From IMG/VR virus record IMGVR_UViG_2843020057_000001, positions 74,516-138,515 of that record: 64,000 bases of DNA; one strand, 5' to 3'. Under the pieces are notes generated by a model. That model made no database searches, was not told the DNA's origin, and saw only the letters and a program-made list of their open reading frames with translations. Positions within the stretch are counted from its first letter, which is position 1, and every line of letters starts with the position of its first letter. The translations under genes and the position numbers were made by a program. Below are positions 20,406 to 29,493 of the stretch, one piece after another. This DNA comes from a virus (lineage: Duplodnaviria > Heunggongvirae > Uroviricota > Caudoviricetes).

Positions 20406-20757
20406 TAAAACTCACCGTTCTATCCTTATCTAAGTACACCAAACGAGGCTTAACAGAAATATCAGTCGCTCCTTCATCGCGTTGTTTCAAAACAAAAGCC
20501 CAAGCGTCTATTTCTTCTGAAAAGACATCGGTTTCACGTAATGAACCATAGTCGTCATGAGTTGTGTACTCAGCAATGTAAACACGTTGCATATCTTGTT
20601 TGGGCTTTTTATGTTTCTCATTGTAACGATCAATGACCAATTTTATCGCTTCAACTTGTTCTGAACTAAGTACCAATACATTTGTATCTGCTAAGCCTCC
20701 AAATGTACTGTGAGTAGCAATGGTTCTAACTTCGTTTCGCTCTTTATCAAAATACAT
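20398..20757 (-). CDS. hypothetical protein
   Basis: ORF. Confidence 0.4.
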   Translation of the reverse strand: MYFDKERNEVRTIATHSTFGGLADTNVLVLSSEQVEAIKLVIDRYNEKHKKPKQDMQRVYIAEYTTHDDYGSLRETDVFSEEIDAWAFVLKQRDEGATDISVKPRLVYLDKDRTVSFNE

Positions 20758-20759
20758 CT

Positions 20760-21284
20760 TTAACCCTCCGCAATCTTTTGTTTAGCCTCAGAAATAACCT
20801 GCATACTTCCATCCAGTGTTTTCCTGATTTCATTGAATTCTTTCAATAACTGTTCCCAAGCCACATCAGCAAAACGGTGATTAACATGAGGACTCTTCAT
20901 TCGTTCACAGTAATCCATCATCGCTTGAATATTGTCGTAGATTTTGCCGGCAGTTCGAACTTTCTTCTGCTTTACTAACAAATCTAATGCTTCATTAATA
21001 GCCGATTTAACTTCTGGATTAGTATTCACCTTGAATCCATTATCATCATGCTCATTCTCTGAATAAACAGTAATAACTTGCTTTTGGCGTGTATCAATGA
21101 CAAACACAATATCGTGTAGTCGATACTTTTCACGATTATTATTCTGTTTCTCAACAAATTCACCTTGAGATAATAAACGACTCATCCAACCATCAAATTC
21201 AGTTTTAGTGATATTGAATCGTGTTAAGATTCGTTCTTTAGCATGTTCTGTTACTTTATAAAGCGGAAAGTTCTTGACTCCCAT
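20760..21284 (-). CDS. hypothetical protein
   Basis: ORF. Confidence 0.4.
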   Translation of the reverse strand: MGVKNFPLYKVTEHAKERILTRFNITKTEFDGWMSRLLSQGEFVEKQNNNREKYRLHDIVFVIDTRQKQVITVYSENEHDDNGFKVNTNPEVKSAINEALDLLVKQKKVRTAGKIYDNIQAMMDYCERMKSPHVNHRFADVAWEQLLKEFNEIRKTLDGSMQVISEAKQKIAEG

Positions 21285-21300
21285 CTAAAATCCTCCATTA

Positions 21301-21537
21301 TTACATTCTCATTATGTTATTCAACATCATTGGCGTTGTTGTAATACTGTTTAAGTCATCAAGTTTGCAAGTAAATGATCCATCATTCCCAAAGTCAATC
21401 ATGCATACTCCCTTAATTGGTTCGGTAATATTCTCAACTTTACCCGGAAATGACATAAGTGCTTGATGTTTCAAGCTAATTGTTGTTAGCCAGGCAATGC
21501 TTCCTGTTGGTACTGGTCTCCCTCGAAATGTCTTCAT
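21301..21537 (-). CDS. hypothetical protein
   Basis: ORF. Confidence 0.3.
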   Translation of the reverse strand: MKTFRGRPVPTGSIAWLTTISLKHQALMSFPGKVENITEPIKGVCMIDFGNDGSFTCKLDDLNSITTTPMMLNNIMRM

Positions 21538-21878
21538 TAATTCTCCGCCTTTACTGGTTCAATAATTACTCTATCCCAGTCAATCGCTAAATCTTTTCGT
21601 TTCTTAAATTCATTGATTTCGACTTGTGTGAAGTGAGTTTGGACCTCGCTAGTTTCTTCAGGGGTATTAAGAAAAAATGCTTCACTCTGAAGGACATTTA
21701 AGTATCCTCTTCGATTAGGAAAAACTTGTACAGTATATTTTTGATTACTCAAAATTTGTCCACGAACTTTATAGAGCCAACTTAATGCGTCCTCAACAAG
21801 GATAGTCGGAGTCCCCTCATGCACATCCATGACAGCCTCTAATTGATTAATTTGGTCGTCAATTAATTTCGTATACAT
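21537..21878 (-). CDS. hypothetical protein (paralog of 23174..23590)
   Basis: Shared block YTVQV.P...GYLN...THFTQ..I.E.K......I.WD.V.IEPV. Confidence 0.4.
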   Translation of the reverse strand: MYTKLIDDQINQLEAVMDVHEGTPTILVEDALSWLYKVRGQILSNQKYTVQVFPNRRGYLNVLQSEAFFLNTPEETSEVQTHFTQVEINEFKKRKDLAIDWDRVIIEPVKAEN

Positions 21879-22549
21879 TACTCTTCCACCTCAATTGGCT
21901 TGATAGCTTTAACCCAGTCGGGTGCACTTAGAATATCTTTACCATAAACATATTGCATATTACCGATTGCTTTTGCGTCTTCAGTTTCTAGGCTCGTCAC
22001 CCAAGTATCGTTCACTCTAAAGGCATATAACGTTTGATGAGGAAGCCCAGCCTTTACTGTTCCCTCCATTGGTAAAATATACTTTTTATCTGGATCGATC
22101 TTGGAAGATTCTAACTTGTCCTCTTCATCTCTTAAATGAATTTTGATTCTTAAACCATACTCATCTTCGGGGTCATAAATGTCTACTCTATAACCGTATT
22201 TACGCAATGCTTCCGCTAACCTCTTAATATGATATACTCGAACCATATTGCAGGTAGTACACCACTTGTCTTCATATTCCTTAGTATATTCGAACAATAT
22301 CAAACTATCTTGTTCGTCATTAAGGGCTTTATCGATTGCAACAAACGCGTTGTTTAGCTCTTTAGGCAGTGCTTCTTCTTCAATTTGTTGTAATCGCCCC
22401 GCCGCTTCTTCGGCAGTAATTATATTCTTCTGATATTTGTCTTTTAACTCAAATTCTTTTAACTGATTTCTTATATCATCATAATCTGCCTCTAACCTAT
22501 GAATAATAGGCCAAAGAGACTTAACTTCATTGTTTGTAAATAATCCCAT
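21878..22549 (-). CDS. hypothetical protein (paralog of 23590..24120)
   Basis: Shared C-terminal blocks KKYILPMEGT and P(D/E)WVKAI(K/E)P(I/V)EVE. Confidence 0.4.
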   Translation of the reverse strand: MGLFTNNEVKSLWPIIHRLEADYDDIRNQLKEFELKDKYQKNIITAEEAAGRLQQIEEEALPKELNNAFVAIDKALNDEQDSLILFEYTKEYEDKWCTTCNMVRVYHIKRLAEALRKYGYRVDIYDPEDEYGLRIKIHLRDEEDKLESSKIDPDKKYILPMEGTVKAGLPHQTLYAFRVNDTWVTSLETEDAKAIGNMQYVYGKDILSAPDWVKAIKPIEVEE

Positions 22550-22652
22550 TAAGCTACCTCCTGTAATTCATCACTCCAACAATAAGGGCAAACATTTAAT
22601 TCATCAGTATCTTCGACAAAGAACCGTTCGCCACAATCAAGACAAATACGAA

Positions 22653-22916
22653 TCATTTAAATCTCCTAACTATAATAAAGTTACAAATAATTCCGATAAA
22701 CATGGCAATCAAATAAATCCAAACAGTTATTTTTGATACTAATGCAAAGTTATTTATAGTAGCTGCTATCCATGATGCAATAATTAGCCCTGCAACCATA
22801 ACACTTACTCCATAGCAAAAGCCGGAGAGAAAACTTAACTTATTCAAACTTACTCCTCCACACGAATTGACTTCTTCTTGTTTTCTTTTCGCAAAATATA
22901 CTTTTGAAAGATCCAT
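22653..22916 (-). CDS. small membrane protein
   Basis: Hydrophobic. Confidence 0.3.
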   Translation of the reverse strand: MDLSKVYFAKRKQEEVNSCGGVSLNKLSFLSGFCYGVSVMVAGLIIASWIAATINNFALVSKITVWIYLIAMFIGIICNFIIVRRFK

Positions 22917-23167
22917 TTGTAATGATCTTTAACGTCAGCGAAATTTATTTCATCCATTTTGCATGAGAAATCTTCATATGACATGACTCCCCATTTCCAT
23001 TTTGTAAGGCTTACATTAGCGGGATAAGAGAGAATGTAGAAAAGCAATACAATCAACTCATAAAAAGCAATTCCAAGTAATCTAAGCAATGCTAATATTG
23101 GATAGCATATAGCCAAGGTTAAATTTGCATATGCGAGAATAACTCCTTCTAATACCTTTTTAGACAT
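22850..23167 (-). CDS. small membrane protein
   Basis: Hydrophobic. Overlaps the previous ORF by 67 nt in another frame. Confidence 0.3.
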   Translation of the reverse strand: MSKKVLEGVILAYANLTLAICYPILALLRLLGIAFYELIVLLFYILSYPANVSLTKWKWGVMSYEDFSCKMDEINFADVKDHYKWIFQKYILRKENKKKSIRVEE

Positions 23168-23173
23168 TAGCTA

Positions 23174-23590
23174 TTACTTGTCCTCTACTGGTTCAATCTT
23201 CACGTTGTCCCAATTAATAGCGGCAAAGAATGGATTGTCTTTCATTTCATCAATTTGCGATTGTGTAAAATGGGTTTGATAATCTCCCACATTATTATTC
23301 GGTAATAAGCACCATACCTGTTCACGTCTGTTTAGATTTAAATACCCGTTGCTCTGAGGTAATACTTGAACAGTATATTTAATATTATTTTCTGCTAATT
23401 TAATGCGTTTATGCAGACTATCTCTATACATTGCCATACCAACCATTTGATTAGCCAACAACATTTGATTAATGGTTGAAATGCTTAAGAAATCATCACT
23501 ATCAACGAATTCTTGTAGTTTTTTCATCTTATTTTCTAATTCAAATAATTCAACATTTAATTTTTCAGCATTGATCTCTTTATTGGTCAT
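23174..23590 (-). CDS. hypothetical protein (paralog of 21537..21878)
   Basis: See 21537..21878. Confidence 0.4.
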   Translation of the reverse strand: MTNKEINAEKLNVELFELENKMKKLQEFVDSDDFLSISTINQMLLANQMVGMAMYRDSLHKRIKLAENNIKYTVQVLPQSNGYLNLNRREQVWCLLPNNNVGDYQTHFTQSQIDEMKDNPFFAAINWDNVKIEPVEDK

Positions 23591-24120
23591 TAGCCTTCTA
23601 CCTCCACTGGTTCAATCGCCTTTACCCATTCTGGTGCTTCTTCTAAATCTTTTGCGGTGACCACACGTTCATCCATAATTCCCCCAGCACCAAAAACATG
23701 ACAAATAGTCCAAATACCACGCCTGTTCTTATACGCATAGCCTTGAGTAGTTTCTCCAGGACATCCATGTTCTTCTGTACCTTCCATAGGTAAAATGTAT
23801 TTTTTATTAGGGTCAATAAGCGATTCAGAATCCCAAGATATTGTTACCTTCATTCTTTCATCATCTGGATCACTATTAACTGCGCCTAGGGTTACCGCAT
23901 ACTCATCTTTCATAACCAATTGATTAAATACATAATCAGCCTCTTCAAATCCATCGATAATTTGTTCTGTTTCAAAACGGCCTAGTGATACATTAGCGTG
24001 AATAGCACCATATACCCTTTTTAATGTCTCTTTATAAGCATTCTCTTTCTGTTTTGTTGCTCGTAAATTCGCTTCTTTTGCAGTAATTCGATTAAGTGGA
24101 TCATGCACTATAGTTTCCAT
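23590..24120 (-). CDS. hypothetical protein (paralog of 21878..22549)
   Basis: See 21878..22549. Confidence 0.4.
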   Translation of the reverse strand: METIVHDPLNRITAKEANLRATKQKENAYKETLKRVYGAIHANVSLGRFETEQIIDGFEEADYVFNQLVMKDEYAVTLGAVNSDPDDERMKVTISWDSESLIDPNKKYILPMEGTEEHGCPGETTQGYAYKNRRGIWTICHVFGAGGIMDERVVTAKDLEEAPEWVKAIEPVEVEG

Positions 24121-24917
24121 TAAGCCGTCTCCTTAGCTTCAGCATCATATTCGCCTTCATGGTCAGTAAGCTGTAAATTAGCTAAAGACTCAATTAGTTC
24201 TAAGTGCTTAGCGTTATCAATAGAACCAACTTCTAACAACTTATCGTAAATTTGACGTAAGACGGTCTTTCTATCATCAAGATTTTCCATGAAGTCATAC
24301 TTGTCTCCATCAATAACCAATAATGGAGACTTGTCGTAGGTATGTTTCCAATCTTCGTAATACTCAAGTAAAGTTTTGTAGTAATTGACTAAAGATGGAT
24401 CATTTTCAATTTGTTCATATTCACGGCCACGCTTTTTAATTCGCTTAAGCATAGTCTCATACGAAACATTAATCATAACCATTAAATCAGGAGCCTTTTT
24501 CCCAGGACTAAATTTAGGATATTCTTCCATCATATTGTCTAGAAGTTGTTTATAGATGTCATATTCTTCCTGTGTCGTATTGCCCATATCTGCGTTCATA
24601 CGCATAAAAATGGCGTCTTCGAAGATTGACCTATCCAGGACGTTATTATTGTTTTGCATTGCTTTTTTAATGAGATCGAAACGTCTATTTACAAAAAACA
24701 CCTGTAATACGAACGCAAATGGGTTTGTCGCTTTCATATCCCCTTCCGCTCTCTTCTTTGCCACATCCTCATTTCCCTGATAGAACAATTTCAGCACTGG
24801 ATTGTCCGTTACTGGTTCATAAAATGGTTCTGTTCCTAATTGTTCTGCTAAAATCTTGGTCATCGAGCTTTTGCCGCTCCCAATGATTCCTGACATCGTA
24901 ATCAATATAGTACTCAA
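24120..24917 (-). CDS. deoxynucleoside kinase (dAK/dGK/dCK family)
   Basis: P-loop SGIIGSGKSSMTKIL. ...EPV.DNP.L..FY... and ERS/DR(S)IFED arrangement typical of dNK. Confidence 0.8.
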   Translation of the reverse strand: MSTILITMSGIIGSGKSSMTKILAEQLGTEPFYEPVTDNPVLKLFYQGNEDVAKKRAEGDMKATNPFAFVLQVFFVNRRFDLIKKAMQNNNNVLDRSIFEDAIFMRMNADMGNTTQEEYDIYKQLLDNMMEEYPKFSPGKKAPDLMVMINVSYETMLKRIKKRGREYEQIENDPSLVNYYKTLLEYYEDWKHTYDKSPLLVIDGDKYDFMENLDDRKTVLRQIYDKLLEVGSIDNAKHLELIESLANLQLTDHEGEYDAEAKETA

Positions 24918-24928
24918 TCCTTTCTTAC

Positions 24929-25879
24929 TTAATCACTTATCATTTCATTTTCAATTAATTCTCGGACATATTTTGAGATAATCTTATTTAATCGTTTGCG
25001 CGCCTTCTTCGCATCAAACAATTTCGGTGCATTGCTGCCTTCTTCTTCAATGACATCATTCCACAACGCATTGGCTAGTGGTCTAGCAATATCACCAAAA
25101 TGTTCAAAATCAATTACATCTGGTAAAAGATTTTCATCTTTAAACTTTTCAATCATTTTGGTAATGCGAGCTTCCGTAACTGTCTCATCAATGAACTTCT
25201 CACTTTCGGTCTGAGATGGCTGTGGTTTCTTTTGCTTTCGAGTTTCTTTAAACTTATCAGACACTACCTTTGCGCGAACGCCATCACATTCGATAACTAT
25301 TCCTTCGCCATGATCTGGTTCCTTTGTAATCATTGATCTTCCAACCATCGCATTAATGTCTTCTTTGGTTAAAGTGTAGTTTGCCATACTAACTACATTC
25401 GGCTGTCTTAACCCTACTCGATCGGCAAAAGCAGTACGTTCAAAGAAATTATATTCATGACCGAATAGATCATCATAAAAACTAAAGAAATACCAATGGT
25501 TGTACATTTTTTGTTGATATTCAACTCGATGAGATACCAGCCATTCCCCATAGAGATAGTCATGTGCCTCGTCAATATTCTTATAGAATTCCATTAACTT
25601 TGGAATTAAGACCTCTTGTGCGTATTCGTAAAAGCCTCGCAAAGTATTGTCCTCACTAAGTCTTTGACGATGTGAATAAATTGCAAAGTCAATTTTTCCG
25701 TCCCTTTTAAGAACCTCTATACAACTATTAGCACCATCAATCTTTTCAGTAGCAACATAGTAGTTACCTGCTTTATTCTGTTCTAAAAGACTGGCTACTC
25801 CTTCATGCTTCGAGTTTGCCTCTTCTTGCTCTAAACGGTAAATCTTAGGAAATTTACGATAAGTTAATTCCACGGCCAT
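24929..25879 (-). CDS. Rnl2-family ATP-dependent RNA ligase
   Basis: Nucleotidyltransferase motif I EKIDGAN (KxDG), motif III YGEW, IV EGIVIE, V KVVSDKF, collinear with T4 Rnl2. Start moved to MAVELTY, which has AGGAGG 7 nt upstream. The track start at 25918 lacks an RBS. Confidence 0.8.
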   Translation of the reverse strand: MAVELTYRKFPKIYRLEQEEANSKHEGVASLLEQNKAGNYYVATEKIDGANSCIEVLKRDGKIDFAIYSHRQRLSEDNTLRGFYEYAQEVLIPKLMEFYKNIDEAHDYLYGEWLVSHRVEYQQKMYNHWYFFSFYDDLFGHEYNFFERTAFADRVGLRQPNVVSMANYTLTKEDINAMVGRSMITKEPDHGEGIVIECDGVRAKVVSDKFKETRKQKKPQPSQTESEKFIDETVTEARITKMIEKFKDENLLPDVIDFEHFGDIARPLANALWNDVIEEEGSNAPKLFDAKKARKRLNKIISKYVRELIENEMISD

Positions 25880-26004
25880 CTTTCCTCCTCTTAAATTTTT
25901 GTATACAAAAAGCGTCACCAGATTCTAACTAATCTCGCAAAGTGACGCTTTATTTGTATGTCTCGTTATAAATACGTAATAAAGAATTTCGCTAATAATA
26001 GCTA

Positions 26005-26064
26005 TGAGGTAGATGGGAATCGAACCCATATCCTAGCATGATCTACCAATTGAACTACTACCTC
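26005..26064 (-). ncRNA. 60-nt tRNA-like element lacking a canonical anticodon arm (pseudo/armless tRNA)
   Basis: Perfect 7-bp acceptor GAGGTAG/CTACCTC+A. D-arm GTTC-AATTGGTA-GATC. T-arm ATGGG-TTCGATT-CCCAT. Only 10 nt (CATGCTAGGA) where the anticodon arm should be. Confidence 0.3.
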
Positions 26065-26303
26065 CGTTGATTTAGTATACATTCATCAACGTCCCAAAGA
26101 TCTTATCTCGGCTTCAATTTATCGGAAGTGGAACCTTAGACGCTACGTTTCCTATTTATAGACGGATACACGTCTTCTTCGTTATCATCCACTCTGCCGT
26201 ACACCTTCATTGTGTATGATTGAGCTACTCTAGCACATAATGTGACGATCAATCACGTGCCGGAGGCTGGACTCGAACCAACAACCTGATGATATTCCGA
26301 ATA

Positions 26304-26678
26304 TGGAGTAGACGGGAGTCGAACCCGTGTCCAACCAAATCAGTTTCCAAATACATTTTAGACTTATTAGGATTATGTACTTAACTCTTAAGCTTAGACA
26401 GTCACACAATCATTTTCCAAAGGCTACCTAAACCGATCTAGTTTTATTACTTCATCACAACCAAACTAGCAAACGGCGGACAAAGACCAGAGGGGTGAAA
26501 TATGATAGCTAATATCCTTATCTGGTATCAAAATATTAACCAAGTGCCTATAAGCTAGGCAGCTAAAGCTGTAACTCTATGGTTATTTGCTTTTATATTT
26601 AAATGAAAGTATTTCGGCGTTATCTTCCGTAAGTCGTATTTAGGGCTTTATTTGACTGTCGAATCCATAAACTACCCC
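26304..26678 (-). ncRNA. ssrA: tmRNA (ssrA), tag reading frame ending ...ALAA-stop
   Basis: 5' end GGGGTAGTTTATGGATTCGACAG matches the tmRNA consensus GGGG...GGAUUCGAC. Acceptor GGGGTAG/CTACTCC with G3:U70 and A73 (Ala identity). 3' T-arm ACGGG-TTCGACT-CCCGT. Internal frame GCA AAT AAC CAT AGA GTT ACA GCT TTA GCT GCC TAG (ANNHRVTALAA*). Confidence 0.8.
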
Positions 26679-26740
26679 AGAATAGAGCTTTAAATCATAG
26701 CTCCAAATAATAATTCAAATCGACTTCTTAATGAAGTCTA

Positions 26741-26812
26741 TAACACGTACAGGATTCGAACCCATATCTCCACATTACCATAGTGGTGCTTCCCCATTTA
26801 AACTAACGTGTT
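26741..26812 (-). tRNA. putative tRNA-Thr(GGU), unusual A1-U72
   Basis: Manual fold. Acceptor AACACGT/ACGTGTT+A. D-arm GTTT/AAGC. Anticodon stem CCACT/TGTGG (one mismatch), loop ATGGTAA. T-arm ATGGG-TTCGAAT-CCTGT with wobbles. Confidence 0.45.
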
Positions 26813-27169
26813 ACTTATATATCAAAATATTTCTTGTGGTGGAACCCCTAACAGCTTTTGCCTTATTCCACATTTGTTCCTACTAGCTTCATAGGATGGG
26901 CATAGTCCTTATCCCTGCTAAGGGGCGCTGTCGTTACTCGCTGAATGTTTTGATATGTTCTTGTTAAGGGAGACCCATTTCGAGACCTTAACATCGCTAA
27001 CTTAGAAATCTCCTTTGTTCCTAATGCTAAAGACCGCGGGTGTTTCGGAACTCAGCGAAATTTCACTATTAACTGGTGATCAACCCCACTCACGGATTCC
27101 GCACATGCCTACGCTCCGTCAGCGAATATTGTACCTGTCTTTTATAAAATCCTGATTTTAAAAACAGGA

Positions 27170-27242
27170 TGGACCTTGCAGGACTCGAACCTACGACCGA
27201 GCGGTTATGAGCCGCCTGCTCTACCAACTGAGCTAAAGGTCC
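27170..27242 (-). tRNA. tRNA-Ile2(CAU, lysidine type) / Met-CAU
   Basis: rc reads GGACCTTTAGCTCAGTTGGTAGAGCAGGCGGCTCATAACCGCTCGGTCGTAGGTTCGAGTCCTGCAAGGTCCA. Cloverleaf is canonical. Sequence closely resembles Firmicutes tRNA-Ile(LAU). Confidence 0.85.
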
Positions 27243-27514
27243 AAAATGATAGACCATAAACCGCAAACTTGTCTATCCGTGAGCGTTTAATCCAATCTCA
27301 TATTTGCAACTATGTTTTCGGCAACTAAGCTCACAAGTATAAATGATTACTGCTGACACCAATGATCATTCATATCTGCTGACTCGATAGATGAATATCG
27401 TTACGACTGTGTCAGGTCGCCGTGTTACACCTAACAGGCGGAGGTTGTTTTAGTTAATTAATGTGTGCTTTTTAATTTTCACTGGCACGCAGTAGCACAT
27501 TTAAGGAACTGCAA

Positions 27515-27586
27515 AGCGGTTAACGAGACTCGAACTCGCGACAACAGCTTGGAAGGCTGTGGTTTTACCAGTTAAACTATAACCGC
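27515..27586 (-). tRNA. tRNA-Trp(CCA)
   Basis: rc GCGGTTATAGTTTAACTGGTAAAACCACAGCCTTCCAAGCTGTTGTCGCGAGTTCGAGTCTCGTTAACCGCT. Anticodon stem ACAGC/GCTGT, loop CTTCCAA. Confidence 0.85.
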
Positions 27587-27781
27587 ATTAGAGAGGTGAT
27601 TTATTTATATTCGCAGCTACACCCCACTGCTATCACATGCCAACAATACTAGGCATCCTACCCTACCCTCGTGTTGACTTCGAGACACCAGTTTTACAGT
27701 CTATGTTTCCAAGAACACACTGGATTTACTCTCCGCTCCGTTAAGTGAAATACAATTCTAGCGACGGCACACTAGAACCAA

Positions 27782-27855
27782 CTGCGAATATCGGATTTGA
27801 ACCGATGACACAAGGTTTAACAGACCTCTGCTCTAACCAACTGAGCTAATTCGCA
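27782..27855 (-). tRNA. tRNA-Asn(GUU)
   Basis: rc TGCGAATTAGCTCAGTTGGTTAGAGCAGAGGTCTGTTAAACCTTGTGTCATCGGTTCAAATCCGATATTCGCAG. U1-A72 and G73 as in bacterial tRNA-Asn. Anticodon loop CTGTTAA. Confidence 0.85.
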
Positions 27856-28360
27856 AAATTTAGAGAACACGATTAATCACTTCATATTCTCAAAGTAACA
27901 AGGATAGTTGATTAGTCCTATCGCTGAGGCGCACATTTAAGTACGTTGCTCTCCTTTACATACCAACCACTACATTCAAAGCGTTGACGCTTGCTACTCT
28001 AACTGCCCAGGACAGGATTCGAACCTGCTACCTCAGGGTCAATGTTTTTCAACACGCGCGTGTATCCCTGCGCTCTCGCCAAATATTTCGAGCTACCTAG
28101 ACGTAATAATGTCCACCCAGAAACGTTAGATAGTGAACTAATAAGTTAAGAGCTTGTTGACTGTGCTAAGTATCAGTCTGATTACTCTTAGAGCTTATAT
28201 CTTTTTATGGACATTGACTTAGCAATTCTGTCCGCGATTAATCACTACTATTTCTAGTAGATACCTTCGCATTGCGAAGATGTGGCCTATAACTAGGCAA
28301 ATCATTTTCAGACAGTTCAGTCGATCTTAAGCTGACCATTCTATAAAGAACTATCTGAAA

Positions 28361-28415
28361 TAGTCCTGTTGGGAATCGAACCCAATTAATCTTCCTAGTA
28401 CCATCAGACAGGACT
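28361..28415 (-). ncRNA. 55-nt armless tRNA-like element
   Basis: Perfect acceptor AGTCCTG/CAGGACT+A and T-arm TTGGG-TTCGATT-CCCAA. Only 25 nt between acceptor and T-arm. Shares a CTAGGA core with the 26005-26064 element. Confidence 0.25.
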
Positions 28416-29186
28416 CCAAACATAATACATGTATTTTTTCGTTACACCATCTTTAACGTGCGTGTTGAAAATTGTTACTAAAAGTCGCCGACACGGGACT
28501 ATCTTTCCGAAACCACAATTTAGGGGAGTGGCAATCCCGACAATAAATGTCGATTAAGGAGTCAAAGCTCCACGTTAATCTGATTAATCTTTAACAAGAC
28601 AGCCTCTTTCTTATCTGTCATACCTATTTCTTTTGCATTCTCTGAGCACGTGCTCTCTTGAACACCGAGGTGGGTAATTATGCTGTATTTCGAAGCCCTA
28701 CGTGAGCCGTAATCAGATTATATAAATAAGTTTATTATCTTATCGCTGTTACAACAGCAATTTAAAGATGGAAAACTTTATAAAAGAAGCATTTTACTAA
28801 CAGAAGGCATAAACTGTCATTCTTCCCACTAGCGGTCAGAACTTTTTCTAGACTGCTTTTTTATTTTTCAAATACTCCCGCCAATAACTAGTATGACTTG
28901 CAATCTTGTATTTGTATTATTCAGGGTGTAGATTACCAGAGCACCCGAACCTGCAACCCGAGAATTAAACTCAGCATTAACTTAGGCAATATCTGCATCG
29001 CAGGTAGTCGCACACGCAACCATAGCAATAAGAAGCGTGGCATCAATCACATTACGAGCATTAGAAACTCCTCCAGTTGTGAGTAGGATACCTCGTATAA
29101 ATCACATTACTGCCATTTATACTCAAGCGCTTCAACCGACACACCTGTTGCCGGTTTCCCTATTATACATATCCATATAACAGAAA

Positions 29187-29269
29187 CACCTAGAGAGGGA
29201 TTTGAACCCCCGAACCCGAAGGAACGGTTTTGGAGACCGTCGCGTTTGACCAGACTTCGCTATCTAGGT
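29187..29269 (-). tRNA. 83-nt type-II-like tRNA with anticodon loop CTCCAAA (CCA) and 12-nt variable region
   Basis: Acceptor ACCTAGA/TCTAGGT+G (7 bp perfect). Anticodon stem ACGGT/ACCGT perfect. Variable region TCCTTCGGGTTC with a UUCG-like mini-hairpin. T-arm GGGGG-TTCAAAT-CCCTC. Confidence 0.4.
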
Positions 29270-29424
29270 ATTAATAACGTGCCATGCCAGCGTAAACACG
29301 TTATTAGATCGAATTGAAAAATGTAAAGGTAAAGGTATATGGAAAACATAACCTATTGAACATACGTTAGGTGTTTTTACATTCCAAACGTTTTCCGTCA
29401 TTTGAAACAACCTATTGCTAGGAA

Positions 29425-29493
29425 TTTCGGCAATGGGAATCGAACCACATATCTACACCGCACAATGTTGCTCTACCATTGAGCTATGCCGAA
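29425..29493 (-). ncRNA. tRNA-like element with irregular anticodon arm (possible pseudo-tRNA)
   Basis: Acceptor TTCGGCA/TGCCGAA+A perfect. Canonical D-arm GCTC-AATGGTA-GAGC. T-arm with one bulge. Only 18 nt for anticodon arm plus variable loop. Confidence 0.35.

Noticed and set aside
28898-29000. T-arm-like string agagcacccgaacctgcaacc examined as a tRNA
   Set aside because: No acceptor/T-stem pairing could be built. Sequence contains an unrelated inverted repeat (cctgca...tgcatcgcagg).
28238-29086. ORFs 28238-28423 (-) and 28898-29086 (+) in the tRNA island
   Set aside because: Each overlaps tRNA-like structures or hairpin-rich spacer with no RBS. Region is better explained as RNA-coding or non-coding.
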